Of a stretch of 35,670 bases of DNA, positions 18,785-27,532 are shown in pieces (the first letter of the stretch is position 1; each line of letters begins with the position of its first letter). The position numbers and the translations under genes are program-made. This stretch comes from a virus (Duplodnaviria; Caudoviricetes). The stretch is taken from positions 1-35,670 of the IMG/VR virus record IMGVR_UViG_3300012971_000044; one strand, 5' to 3'. The notes beneath the pieces are model-generated. The model was not told where the DNA came from. It searched no databases and worked only from the letters and a program-made list of their open reading frames with translations.

Positions 18785-19005
18785 TTTCTTCCCATTTTTT
18801 CCCACGTCCATCCTGTTCCGCCCGGATTGTCGTAGTAGCTAGGATAGCCAGACTTGATCTGTTCTGATTCTGGCCTGGTATTACCACCCAAGTAAAGCTT
18901 TTCTCCTGACAGAGTTCTAATCCAAGTACGACGAGCGCGGTATTCCTTAGGACGCTGTATAGCTGAGATTAACTGCCTCAGCCGTATGCGTTCCTCGTAT
19001 GTCAT
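18781..19005 (-). CDS. Hypothetical protein
   Basis: 74 aa with ATGA overlaps at both ends. Confidence 0.6.
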   Translation of the reverse strand: MTYEERIRLRQLISAIQRPKEYRARRTWIRTLSGEKLYLGGNTRPESEQIKSGYPSYYDNPGGTGWTWEKMGRK

Positions 19006-19505
19006 TCTTCTGTGTTACGCCAGTATTCGTGCATTACGGCGAACGGTTCCTTAGCTAGAGCCTCGTTGTGTTTGTATCCTGGCCCGAAAGTAAACCACTG
19101 GAACAGATGCCTTAACGCATCTATGCCGTGAGGTACTTTTGTAGCCATACCTCGCACTATATAGCCATGCTGCTTTAGCATCAGGTTCGTATAGTAGCCC
19201 TTGCCCTGTGCCGGGGTTTGTAAGAAACAGGCGCATTGGTGATCTGCGATTTCTGCGTACAATCGCGCAACTCCGATTAGCTGAATTGGGAAGTATTCTA
19301 TTCCCGTTGCAGCCTTTTGATGTCCTCCCCGAAACTCGAAACTCTCTATAACGATGTATCTCGGTTCCAGTTCTTTGAGTCGTCTCCATAGATCATCTAC
19401 CTCGTCCGTTGCTTGAAAGACTATGTAGTGAAGTTTCCCGTGTTTGATCCTCGCTTGTGCGTACCCCGTCATTATCCCCGGATCTATCGCTATTACTGTC
19501 GTCAT
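19002..19505 (-). CDS. RuvC-like Holliday junction resolvase
   Basis: VIAIDPGIMTGYA, IVIESF, HGIDALRH: RNase H-fold acidic residues. Confidence 0.8.
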   Translation of the reverse strand: MTTVIAIDPGIMTGYAQARIKHGKLHYIVFQATDEVDDLWRRLKELEPRYIVIESFEFRGGHQKAATGIEYFPIQLIGVARLYAEIADHQCACFLQTPAQGKGYYTNLMLKQHGYIVRGMATKVPHGIDALRHLFQWFTFGPGYKHNEALAKEPFAVMHEYWRNTEE

Positions 19506-19708
19506 TCACCACTTCCCGCGCTAGCATGAGGTCGTGTACGGTGTGCAACTTCTTCTTCGGAAAGTCCTGCCTTACTTTTAGTAATGCTTCTCCCACTTGT
19601 GTAGGATCTGTGTTCTGCATCTCCACCTCCCAAGAATATCAGAGCCAACACAAAAACTAGTGCGGCATACACGATCCCCAACACCAATACCACCACTTGC
19701 CAGCTCAT
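19502..19708 (-). CDS. Single-TM membrane protein
   Basis: Hydrophobic N-terminus of about 25 aa; ATGA overlaps at both ends. Confidence 0.65.
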   Translation of the reverse strand: MSWQVVVLVLGIVYAALVFVLALIFLGGGDAEHRSYTSGRSITKSKAGLSEEEVAHRTRPHASAGSGE

Positions 19709-22197
19709 GCGTACTCACTCATGTGTCCCCAATCGTGTCCGATTGATAGGTCTGCTGTATATGGGAAGTCCCAACCTAGCGACTTCTTTGGTGCAAGCTG
19801 CATTAACTCTAGAACCTTCTCAGCTACCTCAGTCGCGTACTTCTTCTTGACGTTGATGAGGATAGAATCGTGGACAGTTACGCGAGGCTGCGCGAACTGC
19901 CACATATCGGATTCTACCAACCAGTCCACAAGATCACACAATGCCCAGTTGGTGATGTTGGCTGCAATGTTCTGGGGCTTGAAGTTGATGAATTGTTTGA
20001 CAAGGTGATCACGTGCGGATTCATCAGCGGGTATGACATAGCAGCGTCTTTTGTGGCCGAAGGGAGATTGTATCTCTCCTTTGGTAAGACACTCATTCTC
20101 TATCTCCTTCGTCCAAGCCCAAACGTCAGGAAAACGATCCCACCAGAAGTCAATGTATTCTTGCGCTTCCTTCTGGGGCATATGGTATAGTTGAGCAAAA
20201 CTGTATGCACTTTGCCAGTAGGCGACACCGAAGTTGATGTTCTTCGCTCTAACGTACTGCTCATACGTGTAGTCCTCTCCATAGAACTGAGCCGCTACTT
20301 CCTTATGGAGTGATCTATCAGTGTCGAGATAAATGGACTGAAGATTGGTATCTCCTGAGAGTACGGCAATCGTTCTAAGCTCCGCTTGAGATAAGTCTGC
20401 GCTAAGGAATACGCACCCGGAGTCAGGGACAAATGGAGTTCTAATGTTTGGGAGTCCTTCTTTTGGTCTGGTGATGTTTTGGAGATTAGGGCGACTTGAT
20501 GAGAGCCTGCCACTTTCCGTTCCGTGAATCTTAAAGTCAGAGTAAATTCGTCCATTGTAAGCTTTTAACACCAGCCCTTCTAGGTAGTTACCACGCTGCT
20601 TATCGAGAGCCTTGAAGTCATCGTAAAGCTGCGTGACTTGCACTACGCGCTTAGGATGCACGACGGTGGTATCTACCTTGTACGTTCCCGTTTGAAGTAT
20701 CTGCTCACGAACGAACTGATCCGTCGATTGCTTACCTTGTCGCTCAACCTTGGGACGCATCAGTTGATGCTCTAACTTCCACTCGTCGTAATACAGCGTG
20801 TTCATCTGCTTAGGCGAATTGAAGTTGATCGCACGTCCTACCAGACCTTCAACGTCCCTCCGATAAGCTTCAAGTTTGGGCCAGACTTCCGCTTCAAGGA
20901 TATTGCAAGCGGCTTCTGAATCGTAAGCAACACCTTCCAGTTCGATCCTAGCGAGAGCTTCTGAGAGTCGTATGAGCATAAGTCTATACGGCTTATCCCA
21001 AACGTTATCGTTCTTTGCCCTAGCCGCAAGGATTTGGAAAAGACTGATCGTTCCAGCTGTATCAAATCCGTTGTATTCGTAAAGATCAAGCTTTGCCCGT
21101 TTGATAGATCCAGTTGCGCTTTCAAGGAACTGTCCCGTTTTCTTGAAGTGTCTGACAGATTGCGGTTCATATTTAGGCCACCCTAACTCGTCTTTTAGCA
21201 GCCACTCTAGTGAGTGACCACCTGCTCCACTTTCAGGATCACCTGGACGTTCATCCAAGCACCACGAAAGCAGCATACTATCTTCGTCTACTCTTGCCGG
21301 GATTCCATGTGATCTGAGAACTTTAACATCATACTTTCCATTGTGCCAAAGATACGAGGCTTCCGAGGCTTGAAATCCGTAGAGTTCACGAAGATATTGT
21401 AGCCTCCATTCCACATTTCCACAGGGCACAACGCCGAACACCACTGACCGCTCAGGTCTAATACTGAAACCAGCGCATGAGATTCTGCCGGTATGACTCG
21501 GATCTTTAGCTGAATCTCTACTGACTTCGATGTCGGATCCAATGATAACTCCTTTACCGAGGTTTGAGATTTCATTAAGAACCTTCTCAGCCAATTCATT
21601 AGCTTCCTCCAAGTCATCTACCCACTTCACCTTAGGCATTTTAGGCTCAGGTAGCGGATCAATGGCTAGACGAAAATCTCTCACAAGCTCGGGAAATGTA
21701 TGATCGTCACGAAGCACAACAGCGGGATTATTTGTGATAATCACCCGTTGTCTCTTTCCACTCCCGTTCACTCGTTCATGCACGTAGCCGCGATTGGCGC
21801 TAATGTTCGATTCACCTTGAACCGTCCAAGCTGCCTCACGACCACAAGCAATCACGGTGTCACAGTCTTTAATCTCATGTTCAAGACGTGGCTGACAGTG
21901 CATTATAGCCTTAGCAAATCCCTGCTCAGTACCATCTGATTGACAGAGAACTGCATTTGTGGCTAACACGTCATCCCTGGACGTTCCATGAAGCTGTAGT
22001 AAGTGGTCTAATACTCTACCCGACGGGCCTGCAAAGCTTTTGCCGTTTAACCCCTCGTAATAACCGGGTGAGCGACTTACGACCGCTGTACGGGCCTGTG
22101 GTGGCCCTGTGGTGGCTGCAAACGACCTATTGTAGAGCGGGCATCCGTCGCATTCAGCGTATGGTGCCTTAGGTGTGACTTTATTCTTAGCCGACAT
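19705..22197 (-). CDS. Family A DNA polymerase with N-terminal uracil-DNA-glycosylase-like domain and 3'-5' exonuclease
   Basis: UDG-like: CDGCPL, FAGPSGRVLD, TNAVLC, NPAVVLR. Exonuclease: DIE, HNGKYD, YNGFD. Polymerase: TESGRLSS, DLSQAELR, AKNINFG, VHDS. Confidence 0.95.
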   Translation of the reverse strand: MSAKNKVTPKAPYAECDGCPLYNRSFAATTGPPQARTAVVSRSPGYYEGLNGKSFAGPSGRVLDHLLQLHGTSRDDVLATNAVLCQSDGTEQGFAKAIMHCQPRLEHEIKDCDTVIACGREAAWTVQGESNISANRGYVHERVNGSGKRQRVIITNNPAVVLRDDHTFPELVRDFRLAIDPLPEPKMPKVKWVDDLEEANELAEKVLNEISNLGKGVIIGSDIEVSRDSAKDPSHTGRISCAGFSIRPERSVVFGVVPCGNVEWRLQYLRELYGFQASEASYLWHNGKYDVKVLRSHGIPARVDEDSMLLSWCLDERPGDPESGAGGHSLEWLLKDELGWPKYEPQSVRHFKKTGQFLESATGSIKRAKLDLYEYNGFDTAGTISLFQILAARAKNDNVWDKPYRLMLIRLSEALARIELEGVAYDSEAACNILEAEVWPKLEAYRRDVEGLVGRAINFNSPKQMNTLYYDEWKLEHQLMRPKVERQGKQSTDQFVREQILQTGTYKVDTTVVHPKRVVQVTQLYDDFKALDKQRGNYLEGLVLKAYNGRIYSDFKIHGTESGRLSSSRPNLQNITRPKEGLPNIRTPFVPDSGCVFLSADLSQAELRTIAVLSGDTNLQSIYLDTDRSLHKEVAAQFYGEDYTYEQYVRAKNINFGVAYWQSAYSFAQLYHMPQKEAQEYIDFWWDRFPDVWAWTKEIENECLTKGEIQSPFGHKRRCYVIPADESARDHLVKQFINFKPQNIAANITNWALCDLVDWLVESDMWQFAQPRVTVHDSILINVKKKYATEVAEKVLELMQLAPKKSLGWDFPYTADLSIGHDWGHMSEYA

Positions 22198-22759
22198 ATT
22201 GTGAGTAATGTTCGATCATCACATCTACTCCACTACCTAGTTCATCCAGTGATCCGTTGTTGAAGATCGTGTAGTCTACCAAGTCAGGATCTATACCATC
22301 CTCACTCCTGTGCGGGTCTTTGCTAACAGCGGTCGCTCGTGATACCTCAACGTTTATACCATCAAGCAACGTGATACGCTTAGCCTCATTGTCAAAGCGT
22401 ACATCACTTATGACAATGTTGCGCTCCGCATAGTAACCCCGCACAGGCAGTAGAAGCTCCACCCAAAAGTCATGACCCATTTCAGGAACATCACGATGAG
22501 CCTCAGTACCATACCGTTGTAGAAAGGTGCGAAACGTTAGATCGTGTGTCTCACCAGTCTCATGCACCGTTAAGCTGACTATCGCGTGTGGATCATTCTT
22601 CAACTTATCAACATGGTGGAACGGTATGTCAAACAGTGCAGCGACCGACTTCTTTAGCGGATCGGCGAACGCGCGTCTCTCGAAACCATGCTGCTTTACG
22701 AGAAATGCAGCGACCGTATCCTTACCAGCACCTTTGAGTCCTGTAAGTCCTATCAGCAT
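22187..22759 (-). CDS. Deoxynucleoside monophosphate kinase
   Basis: IGLTGLKGAGKDT, AFADPLK, RTFLQRYGTE, ISDVRFDNE, HRSE. Confidence 0.92.
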   Translation of the reverse strand: MLIGLTGLKGAGKDTVAAFLVKQHGFERRAFADPLKKSVAALFDIPFHHVDKLKNDPHAIVSLTVHETGETHDLTFRTFLQRYGTEAHRDVPEMGHDFWVELLLPVRGYYAERNIVISDVRFDNEAKRITLLDGINVEVSRATAVSKDPHRSEDGIDPDLVDYTIFNNGSLDELGSGVDVMIEHYSQYVG

Positions 22760-22971
22760 TCTATCAATTCACCAATCGCTTCTTCGATCTTGTTGTGTGC
22801 CCGATCTAGGGACATAGTTATAGCACTGTTTCTAGCATCTACTTCTTCTGGAAGTGGGCCGATAGGCAAAATAATAAAAGCATCGTTTATACTGTTTTGT
22901 GCTGCTGTTAGTGACCACTGGATTTCCTCGACTTTCCTCCAGTGTATCAATCTATAGCGGCCAAAAAGCAT
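22753..22971 (-). CDS. Hypothetical helical protein
   Basis: ATG 22971 preceded by AGGAGG; 72 aa. Confidence 0.6.
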   Translation of the reverse strand: MLFGRYRLIHWRKVEEIQWSLTAAQNSINDAFIILPIGPLPEEVDARNSAITMSLDRAHNKIEEAIGELIEC

Positions 22972-25117
22972 CCCCGCCTCCTGCTGTTTTTGTTTTTTGT
23001 GCCAGTCCACGTTGAACTATCGTAATCAACACATCATCGGCTTGCTTCTGACTAAGCCTAAAACGTGTCATTAAGCGCGACCGCATGATGCCTGGGTTTT
23101 CTTCTATTGTAGAGACAATCTTCTGTAGCTTCTTCTCTGCGGCTCCAACACCAGCGTGCATGATTAGATCAACTGAGTTAGGCGCCCATCGTTGGACATA
23201 GTACGCAGCGTTGGCTACGTCGTCAGAGTTGATCGTTATGGTATTTTTCTTGCTAGGATGCTGTCTTGAAGCTCCTAGCAATACAGCCATTTTGAGAACA
23301 CTATCGGATATGCGCTCAAACGTGGCGAGCGCGGCAGGTCTGCTAGGTTGATAACTAGCAGCTTCGCGCCTCATACCATCTTCTATTGAAGCAGATAGTT
23401 TCCAAGCTCTATCGTCAAGATCAGCGACGATGCGTGGAGATTGCATGACTGTCTGCCCACCGATCTTAGTGGGAACATCAGCAGCGTACAGTTCATACAT
23501 ATCAGCTACTTTATTTCTGAGCGCACTATGCTTATCGAGTATGGTTTGAATTGGCCTCTGCGTATTCCTGATGTTATCGAGATTAGCCTCTCCTGTGACG
23601 ACCAGGAATCTAGGCAGAAAGCCAGAGATTACGTAATCTTCGGTGGTGTTCTCATAGACGTGATCTGTGATACCTCCACAGAACATGATGAATAGCGGAG
23701 AGTTCACCATGATTTCTTCCTTGCGAAGTGTGCGCTTCAATACTTGTGGAGCGTCATACAACTTCGTGAGGAACTCTCGCATACCAGCATGATACTCCTT
23801 CTTGTTGATTGAGGCAAAGAATCCACTTACCTCATCAATGAAGAATACGCTGGTCTTACCAGGACGTTGTTCAAGCGAAGTAACCAAACCTTCTGCTGTA
23901 CCGTCAGTAGCTATGATGGTATCGGTATCAGCCAACATAATCAAGTCCCTAGCCATATCCATAGCTGTCGTCTTGCGAGACAGTGTTGAGTCTCCGAGAA
24001 TCAAGCCATATAGATTAGGCACGATACCACTTGCCTTATGACGCGCTGGCAATCTCACAGAAGTTGAGACTACAGATGAAAGAATCATGAAAGCGGCAAG
24101 TTTGTGGTATTCGGGAACTGCGTCTGTAGCGTCTTGTGCCCAATCGAGATACTCGTCTACAAATGTCTCGCTTGCTGGCTCATCTATGAAGTGTGGCATC
24201 TTCAATGGCTTCCACTCATCAGGGAGATTCATGCCATTACGTGATGCCTGTGCCTTTAGTATCTCTTGCCAAAGATGTTCGTCAGGTCTACCGTCCCGAG
24301 CATACTTATTGCTGGGAGCAGACTTAGCTACGACAAATGTTTCTTCCACTGACATACCGGCAGTTAGACAGATGTGGTGTAGCTTCCACAATATGCTAGA
24401 CCAATCTGCACCATCGTCAGGCTCCTGAGTGTAGGTAGCCTCAAAACGAGTACCACGTAGCTGATTCTGATAGTGATACATAACCTGCTCGACAGTGGGA
24501 AGATCATCGTCTGTAGGGAGTGCAATATCTACTGGTTGCGTAGGAGCCAACAGCTTCTCAAACAGCAGCGGTGGTGCCTTGACTTCTGACGCATGACGTA
24601 GATGTATCAGTTGTGGAGGATCGTGCTTGTAGTTGTACGTCAGTGGTACACGTAGAAGTTGTACCATATCCCACCCTGATGTATCTGAGCCAGTGTGGTA
24701 AGCCAGCCTTCTACTGTATTCCTCAGCTTGTAAGGGGGCGATAGTAACTGACAAACGCCAATAAGCCTGCCAACGTCCCTCGCTACTCTCAACTGAGATA
24801 GGAGGCGTGAAGTTGTCTAACGACCCAGGATCAACGTTATCTAGGTCAGCCCACAGAAACGAGGATTCCAGGCAGTTTTCCTTCTTACGTTCACGTTTGT
24901 TTAGCAGCGACACGCAGAAATAGAGATTGCGCTTGTTCTCATTGACGAGAATAAACTTCTCAATCTCTCGCCAATCACCTGGCCACTCGAAGAACCTCTG
25001 TTTGAATGAAGCTCTTGGTGAAATCATTTCAGTAGTGGCTAAACACAAAAATCCCTGTTGATCTTCAAACAGAAGTTCAAAGAATTTTGCGCGAATCTCT
25101 GATTCACTGGGCTTCAT
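22952..25117 (-). CDS. Primase (RepB-like AEP) fused to a DUF3987-type helicase domain
   Basis: LWADLD, VESSEGRWQAYW and LLRVPLTYNYK in the N-domain; NLYGLILGDSTLSRKTT, IDEVSG and SGFLPRF in the C-domain. Confidence 0.85.
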   Translation of the reverse strand: MKPSESEIRAKFFELLFEDQQGFLCLATTEMISPRASFKQRFFEWPGDWREIEKFILVNENKRNLYFCVSLLNKRERKKENCLESSFLWADLDNVDPGSLDNFTPPISVESSEGRWQAYWRLSVTIAPLQAEEYSRRLAYHTGSDTSGWDMVQLLRVPLTYNYKHDPPQLIHLRHASEVKAPPLLFEKLLAPTQPVDIALPTDDDLPTVEQVMYHYQNQLRGTRFEATYTQEPDDGADWSSILWKLHHICLTAGMSVEETFVVAKSAPSNKYARDGRPDEHLWQEILKAQASRNGMNLPDEWKPLKMPHFIDEPASETFVDEYLDWAQDATDAVPEYHKLAAFMILSSVVSTSVRLPARHKASGIVPNLYGLILGDSTLSRKTTAMDMARDLIMLADTDTIIATDGTAEGLVTSLEQRPGKTSVFFIDEVSGFFASINKKEYHAGMREFLTKLYDAPQVLKRTLRKEEIMVNSPLFIMFCGGITDHVYENTTEDYVISGFLPRFLVVTGEANLDNIRNTQRPIQTILDKHSALRNKVADMYELYAADVPTKIGGQTVMQSPRIVADLDDRAWKLSASIEDGMRREAASYQPSRPAALATFERISDSVLKMAVLLGASRQHPSKKNTITINSDDVANAAYYVQRWAPNSVDLIMHAGVGAAEKKLQKIVSTIEENPGIMRSRLMTRFRLSQKQADDVLITIVQRGLAQKTKTAGGGDAFWPL

Positions 25118-25125
25118 AATAAAAC

Positions 25126-25162
25126 AGGGAAGCTAGGAGGAGGGCACCTGTCTAACTTCCCT
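25126..25162 (-). terminator. Hairpin between the tRNA and the primase gene
   Basis: On the - strand AGGGAAGTTAG/CTAGCTTCCCT (11 bp, one G-U), followed by GTTTTATT. Confidence 0.6.
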
Positions 25163-25164
25163 AA

Positions 25165-25237
25165 TAGGCCCGGTAGGAGTCGAACCTACGACCGTCGCAT
25201 TATGAGTGCGCTGCTCTAACCACTGAGCTACGGGCCT
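25165..25237 (-). tRNA. tRNA with CAT anticodon, probably tRNA-Ile2 (lysidine type); CCA not encoded
   Basis: Acceptor AGGCCCG/CGGGCCT; D arm GCTC-AGTGGTTA-GAGC; anticodon loop CTCATAA; T arm GTAGG-TTCGACT-CCTAC. It lacks the initiator GGG/CCC anticodon stem. Confidence 0.9.
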
Positions 25238-25280
25238 AACCAACCTGTTTACTCTCTCCCTACAGGATTTGTACCTCTAT

Positions 25281-26915
25281 CTACGGATCAACCACCACGA
25301 CACAAGTGTACGTACCGGGCTTCAATCCGTTAGCAGTTACAGTTGCATCCTCGACGTTCCCACTTGGGGAATCACCGATGTTTGCAGGAGTGCTGTCCTT
25401 ACAAGTGATCTGACTCTTAGTGCCACCACTCGCTTCGGACTTCGCCTCAATAGTCAAGTCAGTCAGAGGCGTATCACTTGCAGCGAACGTTTCACCGATA
25501 TACGGATCAGCCGCACAAGTGGTGTTGGTATCCACCGTGACCGAATGACCACTACTGTCATCAATGGAGTATCCAGCAGGTGCAGCAGTTTCCGTTACAG
25601 TGTAACTACCGAATACCAAACCATCAACACAGACGGTTCCATCAGCACCGGAGGTTACACTATTGGAATAGCTACCAGGGCCAGTAATAGAGAACGTGGC
25701 TCCTGCAAGCGCCGTACCCTTGCTAGAAGTCTTACTGATCTTGATAGCACCCAACTGCTGGTTATTGACATACGTACAGGTAATGTCATCACCAGGATTG
25801 ATGTTAGCAGTAACCGTTCTACCGCTAGTGCTAGCATCAGCCGCAGCACCAGTACCCGTACAACTCACACTATCGAATGCGAATCCCGAAGGATCTGCAC
25901 CTTCAGTGACAGTATAAGTACCAGTGTGGAGATTGTCATACACCTGCGTATTACCAGCCGAGTCACCACTGGAGTTACCTGCGTCATTCAAACTGAACGA
26001 TGCACCATCCAATGCTGATCCTGCTGGCCCTGTACCAGTGTAAGTAAACGACTGGTCAAGTCCTCTAGGAGCAGTATGCTTGATGATCGTCAGCTTACCA
26101 CAGTTGCTGAAGTGCAACGACACTGGTGCGATGAAGTCCTTAATCTCAGACGTAAACGAAGTCGAAGAACGTGACTTCACATACGCAGAGTTGAAGGACT
26201 CACAGGAGTTAGGTGGAATGATATTGGCACACGCCATATCAATCGCAGCCTCACCAAACTGTTGTGCGGGACGATTAACAGCAGGGTTGCCACCGAGATT
26301 CTCGGAAACCTGCGCTGCGTTAGTCTGACCCTCAGAACAGCTAGATGAGATAACTCCATCATTCGTCCAGCTACTACCATTCCAGTGGTACTTAGTCAGC
26401 GTCGGAGTATTCGATCCACCCTGGAATGCATAGTTAATGAGTAGATCGTTTACAGTACGAACAAGCAACTTCGGCCCTGGTGTAGTGAGATCAGGCTGTG
26501 CTTTCGCATTGATCTCAAAGTCGAAGTTTACCGTACCCGACTGATTCTCGCGTGACCATGCAAGATACAACATCTGATGACCATTAGCGAGAGTCTCGCC
26601 CGCGATTGCAAAGCGAGCTAGATCGGCCTTTGAGTTAGGAATAGAACCGGAGACAACGGTAGTTGCTACGTTATCTTCCTTTGCACCCTGACCAAAGGAG
26701 TTATCTGTAGTGCCTGTTGGCTTATCTACACCAACAGAAAGATTGGGCGCGTTTACCCAATCGTGATTGCCTGCTGTGTTCACCACGAGGTTTCCATCAT
26801 TTCCCTCGAAGTTTGAACCAGTGAGATTAGCACTCGCACTAGTGACATAGAACACCACAGCAAATACCGCAACTGCTGTGATCGTTGCCAACGACAACCA
26901 ACGTCGTTTACGCAC
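25281..26915 (-). CDS. Secreted protein with SpaA/prealbumin-like (pilin-type) Ig repeats
   Basis: Signal peptide; GKLTIIKHT, GAIKISKTS..LAGATFSI, E-box-like YTVTETAAPAGY; RBS AAGGAGG; no LPxTG anchor. Confidence 0.8.
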   Translation of the reverse strand: MRKRRWLSLATITAVAVFAVVFYVTSASANLTGSNFEGNDGNLVVNTAGNHDWVNAPNLSVGVDKPTGTTDNSFGQGAKEDNVATTVVSGSIPNSKADLARFAIAGETLANGHQMLYLAWSRENQSGTVNFDFEINAKAQPDLTTPGPKLLVRTVNDLLINYAFQGGSNTPTLTKYHWNGSSWTNDGVISSSCSEGQTNAAQVSENLGGNPAVNRPAQQFGEAAIDMACANIIPPNSCESFNSAYVKSRSSTSFTSEIKDFIAPVSLHFSNCGKLTIIKHTAPRGLDQSFTYTGTGPAGSALDGASFSLNDAGNSSGDSAGNTQVYDNLHTGTYTVTEGADPSGFAFDSVSCTGTGAAADASTSGRTVTANINPGDDITCTYVNNQQLGAIKISKTSSKGTALAGATFSITGPGSYSNSVTSGADGTVCVDGLVFGSYTVTETAAPAGYSIDDSSGHSVTVDTNTTCAADPYIGETFAASDTPLTDLTIEAKSEASGGTKSQITCKDSTPANIGDSPSGNVEDATVTANGLKPGTYTCVVVVDP

Positions 26916-27037
26916 AGTACCTCCTTGTGATCCCCCCTGGGATTGAGGTGTGATACTGGGCGAATTAAAATGGGCGCACTACTAAGCCGTGTCATTTAAG
27001 TATCCCGGCGTTAAAAGGAATACCCCACATCATCATC

Positions 27038-27532
27038 TTAGAGTACGCTGTCTCCTGCCGTGACAGCCTCACCAGCAGGCTTCACAGACTTGACAGGATT
27101 GTTATACTCACCTTCGATGATGTTACCCTGACGATCCTTCTTCGGCTCCTTGCCGATAGTCACGACACACGGAGCTTCGATGAAGTTATCGAAGTCAGGA
27201 TCGAACGTCTTGCTTAGCACTTCTTCCTCAGGCACACCAAGAGCGATGAAGAAGCGAGCAAGCATACCCTTCATCTTAGCTGCCTTACCCTTGTCGTAAT
27301 CCTTCGGAGGAATTACGAACTGTACCCACACACGACGGTTCTCGTATTCCTCATCAGTGATCTTAAACTGGCACTTAACGATCGGAGTACCAGCAGGCAT
27401 CTTACCCTCACCACTGAGATTCTTTACTGCATCCATCGTGATTTCTACAACTTCTGCGTTGTAGCGTCCAGGCTCCAAAGGATCAAAGCCTTTCATATCA
27501 GCATCGCTGAGATTCAGCGGCCCTGACATCAC
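27038..27532 (-). CDS. DUF669-like single-stranded DNA-binding protein
   Basis: FDPLEPGRYNAEV...YENRRVW...YNNPVKSV; follows the AAA ATPase. Confidence 0.8.
   Translation of the reverse strand: MMSGPLNLSDADMKGFDPLEPGRYNAEVVEITMDAVKNLSGEGKMPAGTPIVKCQFKITDEEYENRRVWVQFVIPPKDYDKGKAAKMKGMLARFFIALGVPEEEVLSKTFDPDFDNFIEAPCVVTIGKEPKKDRQGNIIEGEYNNPVKSVKPAGEAVTAGDSVL

Noticed and set aside
25165-25237. tRNA as a prophage attachment site
   Set aside because: Phage genes lie on both sides; no integrase and no duplicated tRNA 3' end were seen.
25269-26018. 249-aa + strand ORF
   Set aside because: Antisense shadow of the pilin-like gene; Ser/Thr/Arg-rich, with no RBS or recognisable motif.
26916-27037. 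Known riboswitch upstream of the pilin-like gene
   Set aside because: Only a weak hairpin; no recognisable aptamer consensus by eye.
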